A DNA stretch of 64,000 nucleotides from Parcubacteria group bacterium (GCA_041661275.1 JBAZUU010000003.1:92833-156832), one strand, 5' to 3'; counted from the stretch's first letter, positions 1 to 9,266 are shown. Numbers and translations are program-made. The notes: generated by a model not told the origin, from the letters alone.

Positions 1-319
1 CAAGTATTTTAGAAAAAACATTTCATCCAGTAGAAGACAAGGCAGAGTGAAAAAGACTGGTTGCGAAATTTCCAACCAGTCTTTATTTTTTTTATTCGGT
101 AAGTTGTCTATCGGTATCGGCATTCCTAAGGACGAAATCCCCTATTTATTCGAAAAATTCTCGAGAGGGAAGGATGTCGGACGACTCAACGCCGGCGGAA
201 CGGGACTTGGCCTTCACGTGGGGATAAAGATGATAGAAGAACTGCACGGCCGCATCTGGATAGAATCGGAAGGTGCGGGGAAAGGTTCCACTTTCTTTGT
301 TGAGCTGCCGGTGGGGTAG
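1..319 (+). CDS. sensor histidine kinase, C-terminal HATPase_c fragment (5' part outside window or truncated)
   Basis: The frame is open from window position 2. The translation reads ...GIGIPKDEIPYLFEKFSRG...GTGLGLHVGIKMIEELHGRIWIESEGAGKGSTFFVELPVG, which is the G1/G2-box end of an HATPase_c domain. Confidence 0.5.
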   Translation, partial: KYFRKNISSSRRQGRVKKTGCEISNQSLFFLFGKLSIGIGIPKDEIPYLFEKFSRGKDVGRLNAGGTGLGLHVGIKMIEELHGRIWIESEGAGKGSTFFVELPVG

Positions 320-386
320 GAGAGCTTGACAATCGTCTAAAAATCGTCTAATATATGTCTATAAGGAGCTAACTAAATAGACATTT

Positions 387-1415
387 ATGTTTAAGCCAAA
401 ATATACAATAACCAACAAGCTTTTAGGCAATATCAAGCGCATAGCGGAAATTGTTACCGACCTTAACAGCCGCAGTTTCCCGAAAGTCGTGCTTTATGAA
501 ATGGAACGCCGCGCTCGAGAAATATCAGCTCATTCTTCGACCAGCATTGAGGGCAACCCTTTGCCGCTTACGGAAGTTAAAAAAATTCTCAAAAACAAGC
601 CGGAATATGTTCGTGATTCCGAAAGAGAGATTTTGAATTATAACAAGGCCTTGGTTGAATTAAATGAATTGATTAAGGCGAAAGAAATTTCCCTGGACAT
701 CGAATGGCTGGAAAAAATTCAAAAAATGGTTACTGAAGACCTTATTGAAAAACATCGCCAGGGACATATTCGCACTGAACCGGTTTTTGTTAATAATCCA
801 AAAACTCGAAAAACAATTTATTGGCCGCCTGATCATCAGGAAGTGATGCCTTTACTAAAAGATCTATTTAATTTTCTAAAAGAAAACGTTCGGAAAATTG
901 ACCCGCTCATTCTGGCTGGAATTTTTCATAAAGAGTTTGTGATTATTCATCCGTTTATCGATGGCAATGGCCGTACGACACGACTGGCAACTAAAGTGCT
1001 TCTTGCAAAAATGGGGCTGAATACCTTCAATCTATTCAGTTTTGAAAACTATTACAACCAAAATGTCACTCGATATTTTCAAGAAGTAGGATTGGTCGGT
1101 AATTATTACGATCTTAAAGATAATGTCGATTTTACTTATTGGCTTGAATATTTTACGGATGGGATTATCGACGAACTTCTGCGAGTAGAAAAAGAACTGG
1201 AAAAAGAAGCGATTAGCCCTGACACAATTCTCAAAGATTATCACCAAAAAATAGTTGATTCTATTAAAAAGAGGGGTTTTATTACCGACAAGGATTATTC
1301 CGAGCTGACTGATCGTGCCAGGCCGACCAGGAATTTGGATTTTAGGAAACTCATTAATTTGGGAATTATCGTGAAGATTGGCAAAGGTAAGGCGACTTAT
1401 TATAAGTTGAAATGA
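387..1415 (+). CDS. Fic/Doc family protein with C-terminal wHTH-like tail
   Basis: It has the canonical Fic motif HPFIDGNGRTTR, as HPFx[D/E]GNGR. The length is 342 aa. Confidence 0.85.
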   Translation: MFKPKYTITNKLLGNIKRIAEIVTDLNSRSFPKVVLYEMERRAREISAHSSTSIEGNPLPLTEVKKILKNKPEYVRDSEREILNYNKALVELNELIKAKEISLDIEWLEKIQKMVTEDLIEKHRQGHIRTEPVFVNNPKTRKTIYWPPDHQEVMPLLKDLFNFLKENVRKIDPLILAGIFHKEFVIIHPFIDGNGRTTRLATKVLLAKMGLNTFNLFSFENYYNQNVTRYFQEVGLVGNYYDLKDNVDFTYWLEYFTDGIIDELLRVEKELEKEAISPDTILKDYHQKIVDSIKKRGFITDKDYSELTDRARPTRNLDFRKLINLGIIVKIGKGKATYYKLK

Positions 1416-1523
1416 AGAAGTATAAAGGGAATAAAAATGATAGAAGAACCCCGTAAAATTCCGCCAAGCGGAATAACGGGGCAGGCTCCACGGTCGCACC
1501 CCGTAAAGCTTACGCCACGGGGC

Positions 1524-1636
1524 AGGTCTTGATAGAATCCGCCCGCCTGCGGTTCGACTGAGCTCGCCGAAGTCCGGCGAGGCAGGAAGGCACGGGCAAA
1601 GGCTCGACGTTTTTTGTGGAACTGCCGGTGGAGTAG
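1524..1636 (+). pseudogene. second, degenerate copy of a histidine-kinase 3' end
   Basis: It translates to ...PARQEGTGKGSTFFVELPVE*, echoing the kinase end at 250-319. An in-frame TGA lies just upstream. Local GC is higher than in the flanks. Confidence 0.35.
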
Positions 1637-1798
1637 GGGAAATTTTAGCCTTGCTGCTTTTCCCCAAAGCTAAACTTTTTGATATTCCAGGGCTTTTCCC
1701 TAAAGCTTAAAGCTTAGCTTTTCCGAAGGGCTGAAAAAGGCTCTTTTTTTGTGTTATTTCCAGTTGATTTTTTCCCTAAAATAGGCTATAATTAGACT

Positions 1799-2002
1799 AT
1801 GCACAACTGGTCAGTTGATACAACTGAATTAAAAAAGGATAAAAAACAATATGCCATTTGGCGTCTGGAGCAGATGGTTAATTTTGGCTTGGAAGGGAAA
1901 AAAATAAACCGCGAAGAACTGAAAAAATACTGGAAGATCCTCAATCTTGATCATAATAAAAAACAATATCTGAAAATGATTTTATGGCCAAAACAATCCT
2001 AA
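1799..2002 (+). CDS. small hypothetical protein, possible partner of the downstream nucleotidyltransferase
   Basis: This 67-aa ORF overlaps the next gene by 19 nt. Confidence 0.3.
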   Translation: MHNWSVDTTELKKDKKQYAIWRLEQMVNFGLEGKKINREELKKYWKILNLDHNKKQYLKMILWPKQS

Positions 2003-2643
2003 GTACTAATCAGATTAAGATTCTGGAGGCAATTAGCAAGGACAACGCAATTTGCCAAAATTTTTATTTGACCGGCGGGACAGCTCTGGCAGAATATTAT
2101 CTGCAACACCGCCTGTCGGAAGACCTGGATTTTTTTTCAGAAGTAGAGTTTGATATCCAGGCGATAAGCATATTTTTCGCCAAAAATAAGAAAGCGTTTG
2201 GAATAAAAAAGATTGATTTTCAGCAAAGCTTTAACCGTAATCTGATTTTCTTGCATCTTCCAGGCGATGTTATAAAAATGGAATTTACTTATTTCCCATT
2301 TCCCAGAATCGAAAAGAAAATCAAAAGAAATAAATTGTTTGTGGATAGTTTAGAGGACATAGCGGTTAATAAGCTGTTTACCATTTATCAAAAACCGCGT
2401 TCCAGAGATTTTATTGACCTATATCTGATTATGAAAAAAACTGGCTATTCAATAGAAGAGTTAATCAAAAAAACTAAAGTAAAGTTCGATTGGCACATTG
2501 ATTACCTCCAGCTTGGTAGTCAGTTTATGCAGGCTAAAGTTGTCAAAGATTATCCGCGGATGCTAATGAAACTAAAAAATGAAGAGTGGCAGAAATTCTT
2601 TATTTTGCAGGCAAAAAGTTTTAGCGGAAAAATTGTAAGTTAA
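1984..2643 (+). CDS. AbiEii/AbiGii-type (DUF1814) nucleotidyltransferase, toxin-like
   Basis: The N-terminus carries YLTGGTALAEYYLQHRLSEDLDFF, which is typical of AbiEii-family nucleotidyltransferases. Confidence 0.65.
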   Translation: MAKTILSTNQIKILEAISKDNAICQNFYLTGGTALAEYYLQHRLSEDLDFFSEVEFDIQAISIFFAKNKKAFGIKKIDFQQSFNRNLIFLHLPGDVIKMEFTYFPFPRIEKKIKRNKLFVDSLEDIAVNKLFTIYQKPRSRDFIDLYLIMKKTGYSIEELIKKTKVKFDWHIDYLQLGSQFMQAKVVKDYPRMLMKLKNEEWQKFFILQAKSFSGKIVS

Positions 2644-2685
2644 TGCAGTCTTGATTGAACGCTTTTTTTACGCTAGGATGGAGGA

Positions 2686-3546
2686 ATGAAAATCACACTT
2701 TCTAAATTTGCCGGATTTTGTGATGGAGTGAAAAGAGCCTATGAAATGGTTCTGGGTATTGATATGGAACGGGTTGTGAAGCCTGTTTTTGCTTTGGGTT
2801 CCTTGGTGCATAATGATGAGGTGAACAGAAAAATAGAAGAAAAGGGGATAAAAAAGATAGAAAGGGACGATTTTTTCAATGCTGTCACGGGACAGATCGG
2901 GACGATCATCATTACCGCCCACGGAGTGGGACCGGATGTGTACAAAATTGCAATGGAAAAAGGAATTGAGGTCATTGATACTACTTGTCCAAAAGTGGTA
3001 AAAGTTCAACGATTGGCGAAATTATTCCACGAAAAAGAATATCGACTGGTGATCATTGGCGATCGTGATCACAAAGAAGTGCGCGGCATCAATGAATGGG
3101 GCGGAGGACATGCTTTTGTTATTTCCGAAAAGAAGGATCTGATAGATTTAGAATCTCCTTCAGACCAAAAGATAGGTGTTCTTTCGCAGACTACGCAAAA
3201 CGAAGATTTCTGCCGGGAAATTTACGCGGTCATAGTTGAAAAATACAAAAACGTGGAAACAAAAAAAACTACTTGCGATACTACCCACTCAAGACAGAGC
3301 GAGATAAAAAAAATGGCCAAAAATAATGATGTCATTCTGGTCATTGGCTCTAAAGATAGCGCCAATTCCCGTCGTCTTTGGGAAATTTCTGTTTCCATAA
3401 ATTCCAAGTCATATTTCATTGAGACGGCTAAAAATATCCGAAAAAATTGGTTGAAAAATATAGAAAAGATAGGAGTAACAGCCGGCGCGTCAACGCCGCC
3501 GTGGATCATCCAAGATGTTATGAAACATCTTGAAAATAATAAATAA
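2686..3546 (+). CDS. ispH: 4-hydroxy-3-methylbut-2-enyl diphosphate reductase
   Basis: N-terminal GFCDGVKRA motif. The protein is 286 aa with LytB-like architecture. Confidence 0.85.
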   Translation: MKITLSKFAGFCDGVKRAYEMVLGIDMERVVKPVFALGSLVHNDEVNRKIEEKGIKKIERDDFFNAVTGQIGTIIITAHGVGPDVYKIAMEKGIEVIDTTCPKVVKVQRLAKLFHEKEYRLVIIGDRDHKEVRGINEWGGGHAFVISEKKDLIDLESPSDQKIGVLSQTTQNEDFCREIYAVIVEKYKNVETKKTTCDTTHSRQSEIKKMAKNNDVILVIGSKDSANSRRLWEISVSINSKSYFIETAKNIRKNWLKNIEKIGVTAGASTPPWIIQDVMKHLENNK

Positions 3547-3615
3547 ACTGTTGCTTTTTAGAGGCTTTTTAGTTATACTAAAAATAGATAATAACTCTTA
3601 ATGGAGCTGCGTTTT

Positions 3616-4419
3616 ATGTCTAAAATTATCATTGCCGAAGATGATCCAATGATCGCGGAAATATACGAGAAGAAGTTTACTGAAGCCGGATATGAGGTGG
3701 CGGTGGCGGATTCCGGCGACCAGGTTTTGACGCTGCACAAAAAAAATAATCCGGATATCATTCTCCTGGATTTGATCCTGCCAAAAATGAATGGTTTTGA
3801 GGTAATTGAAAATATCAGAAAAACTGACAAGGATACCAAAATAATAGTTTTTAGCAATCTCAACCAGGCGGAAGATCGGGAAAAAGCGTCGCAGTTGGGA
3901 GCTAACGGATTTGTGTCCAAGGCTGATTACGCGCCGAGTGATCTAGTCAGGGAAGTAGGGCGACTTACCAATCAGTTGAGAGAAGAAAAGGTTAATGGGG
4001 AAAAAGAAATTAGGGCGGCGGAGAATGGGGGGTTGGCAAATAATTCTGAAACGAAGGGGAAAATTTTGATGATGGAAGACGAGGAAATTTTTCGCGAGAT
4101 GTTTGGAGGAAAGTTGAAAGATGATGGATTCGCTGTCGATTTTGCTGAAGATGGGGCAGCCGGAATGAAAAAGGCGCTGGCAGGAAACTATGCCTTGTTC
4201 ATTATCGACATGATAATGCCCAATATTACCGGAGAAGAAATAGTAGTGAAATTGAAACGCGAGGAAAAAACGAAAAATATTCCCATTATAATTTTGTCAG
4301 CTTCAGTGGATGAAGCGATGCAGAGATCGATGGAAGACACGGGGATACAAGGGTTTTTTATCAAAACCCAATTGGTTCCGAGCGAACTATCAAAAAAAGT
4401 GGGAGAATTGTTGAAATAA
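3616..4419 (+). CDS. response regulator with two tandem receiver (REC) domains
   Basis: Two D-D-K receiver units are present: IIIAEDD...LLDLILPKMNGFE and ILMMEDE...FIIDMIMPNITGEE. A GGAG sits 8 nt before the ATG at 3616. Confidence 0.8.
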   Translation: MSKIIIAEDDPMIAEIYEKKFTEAGYEVAVADSGDQVLTLHKKNNPDIILLDLILPKMNGFEVIENIRKTDKDTKIIVFSNLNQAEDREKASQLGANGFVSKADYAPSDLVREVGRLTNQLREEKVNGEKEIRAAENGGLANNSETKGKILMMEDEEIFREMFGGKLKDDGFAVDFAEDGAAGMKKALAGNYALFIIDMIMPNITGEEIVVKLKREEKTKNIPIIILSASVDEAMQRSMEDTGIQGFFIKTQLVPSELSKKVGELLK

Positions 4420-4420
4420 C

Positions 4421-4503
4421 ACTACGAATTACGAACTTGTACGAATGTAACGAAATTACGAATATTAATTATTCGTACATTCGTAAGTGTTCGTAATTCG
4501 TAG
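4421..4503. repeat. about 83-bp imperfect palindrome of TTACGAA / TTCGTAA words
   Basis: Five forward 'tacgaa' words are followed by five reverse-complement words. The terminal 15 bp are perfectly complementary. Confidence 0.8.
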
Positions 4504-4520
4504 AGATTAATACTAATCAC

Positions 4521-5840
4521 ATGAAACGAACATTGATCAGTGAAACACCAAGTTTAATAGGAGAAACAGTACGGCTTCAAGGCTGGGTCAATACGCGCCG
4601 CGATCACGGCAAGCTTATTTTTATCGATCTTCGCGACCGGACAGGAGTGGTGCAAATGGTGGTTATTCCAGACAAGATGGAAGCGCACCAAACCGCTAAA
4701 GAAGCACGTAATGAATATGTCATCGAAATAGAGGGCTTAGTCAAAAAGCGTCCAGGGAGTCAAAAAAAAGAGGATAGCGCCACAGGAGAAGTGGAAATTG
4801 AAGTGTCAGAAATGAAAATAATTTCAGCGGTTGCGGGCGAGTTACCTTTTGACACGGCCAAAGCCGAACTTGATCTCAATATCCCGACGCTTCTCGACAA
4901 TCGCCATCTCACTCTTCGCAACAAGAAAATAAATGATATTTTCAAAGTCTATAGCCAGATCCTGAAATCATACGCGGAGGTGATGCGGGAAAACGGATTT
5001 TTAGAAATAAAAACACCAAAAATTGTTTCGGCGGCGACAGAGGGCGGCGCCAACTTTTTTAAGATAAAATATTTCAAACGCGAAGCATTTTTGGCGCAAA
5101 GCCCCCAGTTCTACAAGCAAGCCGGAGTAGGCGCCTTTGAACGTGTTTTTGAAATCGGTCCAGTTTTTCGAGCCGAACCTCATTATACTACGCGACACGT
5201 CAACGAATATATTTCTTTTGACGCGGAAATGGGATTTATTGAAAATTTTTCCGACATCATGGACGCGCTGGAAATGGTTGTCAAAAGAATTGTAAATGAT
5301 ATTGAGAGAAAGTGCGAAGCAGAACTCAGGGATTATCCAAGCGAATTCTTGGTTCCTGACCGTTTCCCGCGGATAAAATTAACCGAAGCGATGGATGTTC
5401 TCAAAAAAGAGTATAACAAAGAAAAAATGGGCGTGGACATCGATCCGGAAGGAGAAAAATTGATTTCCGAATGGGCCAAAAAAACATACGGGAGTGACTT
5501 CATCTTCCTCACACACTATCCAACTTCCGCCAGACCTTTCTACACTATGCCGAGTTCTGATCCGCAGTACACGGAAAGTTTTGACCTCATTTATCGCGGA
5601 GTGGAAATTGTTACCGGAGGACAGAGGATTCATAATCCGGAACAGCTAGTGGCTAGCATAAAAAAACATCATCTTGATCCCAATGATTTCAAGGATTATA
5701 TCGAAATTTTCCGCCTCGGCATGCCGCCACACGGTGGTTGGGCGATAGGATCAGAAAGATTAGCCCAAAAAATTCTGGGTCTCCCCAGCATCAAACAAGC
5801 AATTCTTTTTCCGAGGGATGTGAGGAGGCTTACTCCGTAA
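4521..5840 (+). CDS. aspS: class II aspartate/asparagine--tRNA ligase (archaeal-type AspRS-like)
   Basis: An N-terminal OB fold is followed by the FRAEPHYTTRHVNEY... and QSPQFYKQ motifs and a GGQRIH ending. The protein is 439 aa. Confidence 0.75.
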   Translation: MKRTLISETPSLIGETVRLQGWVNTRRDHGKLIFIDLRDRTGVVQMVVIPDKMEAHQTAKEARNEYVIEIEGLVKKRPGSQKKEDSATGEVEIEVSEMKIISAVAGELPFDTAKAELDLNIPTLLDNRHLTLRNKKINDIFKVYSQILKSYAEVMRENGFLEIKTPKIVSAATEGGANFFKIKYFKREAFLAQSPQFYKQAGVGAFERVFEIGPVFRAEPHYTTRHVNEYISFDAEMGFIENFSDIMDALEMVVKRIVNDIERKCEAELRDYPSEFLVPDRFPRIKLTEAMDVLKKEYNKEKMGVDIDPEGEKLISEWAKKTYGSDFIFLTHYPTSARPFYTMPSSDPQYTESFDLIYRGVEIVTGGQRIHNPEQLVASIKKHHLDPNDFKDYIEIFRLGMPPHGGWAIGSERLAQKILGLPSIKQAILFPRDVRRLTP

Positions 5841-5856
5841 GAACCTCACTCATAAT

Positions 5857-5913
5857 CCCTCTCCTTATGAAGGAGAGGGAGGATACGTTACCTTCTCCTT
5901 TATAAGGAGAAGG
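5857..5913 (+). terminator. tandem hairpins downstream of aspS (nested-hairpin family)
   Basis: The hairpins are ccctctccttatgaaggagaggg and ccttctcctttataaggagaagg. Confidence 0.5.
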
Positions 5914-5966
5914 TGCGACGACGATAGTCGGAGCGGATGAGGTAAGATAAATACAAAAATAAAATC

Positions 5967-7172
5967 ATGAAACAGCACGACGAAGCTTATAATAAGGGGA
6001 AAATGAGACTTATTAGTTTTGTTGCTTTTCTTATGGGATTTGCGCAAGCGGTGCTTCTCTATGTGATGTCCACTTATTTTAAGCGAGCTTCCGGAATAGA
6101 GAATATAGGACTATTTTATCTCGTGGCTTACGCCATAACACTTATCATATATTTAAATCTTCATAAAATCATAAAAAAGATTGGCAAATCCAATGCTTTT
6201 TTCTTTTCCTTGTTTTTCAAGATTATTGCCATTGTGATACTTATGAATTGGTCGCCATCATATATCACAGTCATCGTGATGATGTTTTATATAATTATGG
6301 GCAATCTGGAGTGGCTGAGTCTGGACATCATCATCGAATCTTTTTCTACCGATACAATGTCTGGGCGCATCCGTGGTCGGTATCTAACCATTCTCAACGC
6401 CGGACTGCTTCTTGGTCCATTTGTTTCCACTTCTCTCCTTGCTAAATTTGATTTTTGGGGAGTATTCTTGGCGCTTTTCATATTTAACTCACTGATATTT
6501 GTCATTTCTCTTTTTGGACTTGCTAATGTCAATCATAAATTTGAAGCCAATCTGACATCGCGCGCTCTGCTCAAAAAGATTTTTAAGAGAAAAAACATTA
6601 TGCGAGCCTATTACGTTTCATTTGTTTTGGAATTTTTCTATGCACTGATGATTATTTACACGCCTATCTATCTGCGTGATTCCGGGCTTTCCTGGGAACA
6701 GATCGGTTACATTTTTACCGTAATGCTCATTCCTTTCGTTCTAGCGCAATACCCGATGGGAGTTTTGGCTGACAAAAAGTTCGGGGAAAAAGAATTTATG
6801 ATTTTTTCCTTGATAACAATGGCTCTTTCCACGGGCGTCATATTTTTTATCGGAACTTCAGATGTGGCTGTTTGGGCATTAGTTTTGTTTTTGACTCGAA
6901 TCGGGGCGGCGCTTGTTGAGGTTTTGCGCGACTCCTATTTTTTCAAACGCATCGACGCGCATGACGTCGATATCATCGATTTTTTCCGCACCGCTCAAAG
7001 CTCGGCCTACATTCTCGCTTCCATCATATCAGCCATCATTCTCATCTTTTTCTCTATCAAAGTTATCTTTCTTGTGGTAGCTTTTGTAGTCTTTTCCGCC
7101 CTCATTCCGGCCATAAAGCTTCGGGATAATAAGTGCGAGGAGGAAATTTTGGCTGAAAAAGCGGTATTTTGA
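5967..7172 (+). CDS. multi-pass membrane transporter (MFS-like)
   Basis: The 401-aa protein is highly hydrophobic with about 12 predicted helices. Confidence 0.55.
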   Translation: MKQHDEAYNKGKMRLISFVAFLMGFAQAVLLYVMSTYFKRASGIENIGLFYLVAYAITLIIYLNLHKIIKKIGKSNAFFFSLFFKIIAIVILMNWSPSYITVIVMMFYIIMGNLEWLSLDIIIESFSTDTMSGRIRGRYLTILNAGLLLGPFVSTSLLAKFDFWGVFLALFIFNSLIFVISLFGLANVNHKFEANLTSRALLKKIFKRKNIMRAYYVSFVLEFFYALMIIYTPIYLRDSGLSWEQIGYIFTVMLIPFVLAQYPMGVLADKKFGEKEFMIFSLITMALSTGVIFFIGTSDVAVWALVLFLTRIGAALVEVLRDSYFFKRIDAHDVDIIDFFRTAQSSAYILASIISAIILIFFSIKVIFLVVAFVVFSALIPAIKLRDNKCEEEILAEKAVF

Positions 7173-7228
7173 CCAAATCTTTAGAGTGATGTATAATTTT
7201 ACGGCGGAATAAAAATTATATTTTCATT

Positions 7229-7432
7229 ATGAGAATTACTAAGTGTGACATTTGCGACAAGACAATTAAGGATACGGCAAAAAGTGTGTGGGTTTCAATC
7301 GGTGGTTTTCTTTCTACGGATTCCTTCCAAGTCTGTCTTGATTGTGGTAAACCGGTGACAAAATTTCTAATAAGTAAAAAATTAGTTAAAAATAATAAAG
7401 ATGATAAAAAATATGCAAAAAAAAGCAAATAA
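7229..7432 (+). CDS. small zinc-ribbon protein
   Basis: CDIC...CLDC pairs with a Lys-rich tail. Confidence 0.4.
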   Translation: MRITKCDICDKTIKDTAKSVWVSIGGFLSTDSFQVCLDCGKPVTKFLISKKLVKNNKDDKKYAKKSK

Positions 7433-7646
7433 GAAAATGACGCTTGAAGGTTTGGCGGCGCTAACTGTAAATGAAATAAATAAACTTGAGAGTAAGCTTA
7501 CTACAGAAATAAGAAGCACCGTAGACAAAGCGAAAGAAGAATTGAAAACGGAGATTAATAAGAAAGTGGATATTTTTACGCATAATGATCTTAAATTTCG
7601 TGTGGAAAAGTTGGAAGAAAGGGTTGGAATAGCACGGAAGAAGTAG
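7401..7646 (+). CDS. small coiled-coil hypothetical protein
   Basis: 81-aa ORF. A hairpin-plus-T-run terminator follows at about 7680-7710. Confidence 0.3.
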   Translation: MIKNMQKKANKKMTLEGLAALTVNEINKLESKLTTEIRSTVDKAKEELKTEINKKVDIFTHNDLKFRVEKLEERVGIARKK

Positions 7647-7765
7647 GATAGCTAAAAAACCTTTATATAAGCCAAAAACACCCAAACGGCTGGACAAAAG
7701 CCGTTTTTAGATTTATTTGAATAAAGTGCCTTGTTATGGTATTATTTAATAGTAAAAATTAATTC

Positions 7766-7892
7766 ATCCCCCACCACTTTTCCGCTTTTTTCTTTTAAAT
7801 TAAATTGGCCTTATTTAAAGAATTAGCGATTTATTCAGATATTAAAACTTGTTTTTTGCGCCTTTGGCGCAAGCGAAAAAGTGGTGGGGGAT
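7766..7892. repeat. long inverted repeat ATCCCCCACCACTTTTcCGC ... GCGAAAAAGTGGTGGGGGAT with an inner hairpin
   Basis: The arms are direct reverse complements enclosing about 85 nt. The same 12-mer atcccccaccac recurs at 63985-63996. Confidence 0.7.
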
Positions 7893-7901
7893 AAAAAACC
7901 T

Positions 7902-8399
7902 ATGGCAATATCAGCAAAAATAACCAAATATTTGGACGATAATAAGTATAAATATCAGGTCGTCGAACATAAGACCGTTTTTACCGCCTGGGACAAAGCG
8001 CAGACGGAAAAAGTTAAGCCTGCCGAAGTTTCCAAGTCTCTTGTGGTAAAAATTGACAATGATTACGCGTTGGCGCTGGTACCGTCTAATAAAAAACTGG
8101 ATAAGGCTAAGCTTTTGAAAGTTATTAACGCGCAGAGAAAAAAAGAAAAGCTGAAAAATTATAAAAAGCTGGATTTGGCCAAGGAAGTTTGGATGAAAAA
8201 GAGTCTGCCGGGGAAAGTCGGCGCGACGCCACCATTTTCAGGGCTCTTAAAATTGCCGGTATACATTGACGGACTTTTAGCTAAAAACAAGAAAATATAT
8301 GTCGGATCTGGAGAGTACACGTTCTCATTTTTAGTTCCGGTTGGACAGTATTTGAAGATAGAAAAACCAGTAAAGGGGAGTTTCAGCGTCAAAAAATAA
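7902..8399 (+). CDS. YbaK/ProX-family aminoacyl-tRNA deacylase
   Basis: KSLVVKIDNDYALALVPSNKKLDKAKL pattern. The ORF-track start at 7881 is a GTG inside the inverted repeat. The first ATG is at 7902. Confidence 0.55.
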   Translation: MAISAKITKYLDDNKYKYQVVEHKTVFTAWDKAQTEKVKPAEVSKSLVVKIDNDYALALVPSNKKLDKAKLLKVINAQRKKEKLKNYKKLDLAKEVWMKKSLPGKVGATPPFSGLLKLPVYIDGLLAKNKKIYVGSGEYTFSFLVPVGQYLKIEKPVKGSFSVKK

Positions 8400-8403
8400 A
8401 CAG

Positions 8404-8541
8404 CCGTCATTCTGAGCGGAATGACCCCGCCTTGGCGGGGGAATGAAGTCGAAAAATCTGCTAATTATTAGCACTAGTGGTAACTTATAGTAGATCCTTC
8501 GACTACGTCCAATAAGAATTGGACTTCGCTCAGGATGACGG
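8404..8541. mobile_element. MITE-like hairpin element, copy A
   Basis: Termini are ccgtcattctgagcg ... cgctcaggatgacgg, which are reverse complements. There is an inner agtcgaa(a)aatctgc / (t)agatccttcgact pair. Confidence 0.8.
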
Positions 8542-8551
8542 ACTTTTGTGT

Positions 8552-9259
8552 ATGCCTTACGAAGTAAAACTTGAAAAATTTGAGGGTCCGATGGAGCTTT
8601 TGCTTGAGCTGATTGAGAAAGAGGAGATGAATATCACGGAACTTTCTCTAGCGCGGGTGACTGATCAGTATCTGGATCATATTAGAAACAGCGAGAACAT
8701 AACTTTATCCAATCTCGCTGATTTTTTGTCGGTGGCGGCGCGTCTCATTCTCATTAAATCGCGGGCGCTCATCCCGTCTTTTAATATTTCCCCCGAGGAG
8801 GAGGAAGAGATCAAAGATCTGACTTGGCAATTGGAGGAATATAGGAAATTTAAGGAAGCATCTTTGGCCATCGGGAAGCTGGCCAGTTTCAAAAAAATTA
8901 GCTATGCTAGAGAAGGTTATATCGGGGTAAGAGCGTTCTTTTGCCCGCCGGAAAAAGTGAATATATTTGATCTGAAAAAGGCTTTCGTCGCGGTTTTATC
9001 GCAAATTCCACTGGTGGAAAAACTGCAGGAAGAAATCGTGGCGGAAGTGATAACACTGGAAGAAAAAATAACAGCGCTGGAAAGCTCATTGCGGTTGCGG
9101 ATAGAATCATCATTTTCTGAATTTGTAGGCAGCGCGGAAAATAAAATTGATGTGATAATTTCCTTTTTGGCGGTGTTGGAGATGGTGAAGCAGAGGATAA
9201 TTGATGCAGAACAGGGGGATTTATTTGAAGAGATAAGGTTGAAAATAAAAACCAGTTAA
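8552..9259 (+). CDS. scpA: segregation and condensation protein A
   Basis: MELLLELIEKEEMNITELSLARVTDQYL. The ORF-track start 8519 (MDFAQDDG) lies inside the repeat. The likely start is MPYEV at 8552. Confidence 0.75.
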   Translation: MPYEVKLEKFEGPMELLLELIEKEEMNITELSLARVTDQYLDHIRNSENITLSNLADFLSVAARLILIKSRALIPSFNISPEEEEEIKDLTWQLEEYRKFKEASLAIGKLASFKKISYAREGYIGVRAFFCPPEKVNIFDLKKAFVAVLSQIPLVEKLQEEIVAEVITLEEKITALESSLRLRIESSFSEFVGSAENKIDVIISFLAVLEMVKQRIIDAEQGDLFEEIRLKIKTS

Positions 9260-9266
9260 CACGCTT

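Noticed and set aside
1032-1667. 211-aa minus-strand ORF overlapping the Fic gene and the kinase remnant
   Set aside because: It is antisense to a well-supported Fic CDS. The translation is low complexity.
8460-8472. TTAGCACTAGTG inside hairpin copies A and B as a CIRCE half-site
   Set aside because: It has no GAGTGCTAA partner at the 9-nt spacing. It is part of the repeat body.
8519-8551. N-terminal extensions MDFAQDDG... on the scpA and permease ORFs, and MTAFF... on rseP
   Set aside because: The ATG lies inside the terminal arm of the hairpin element (...caggATGacgg). It is identical at three loci, so it is an artefact of read-through ORF calling.
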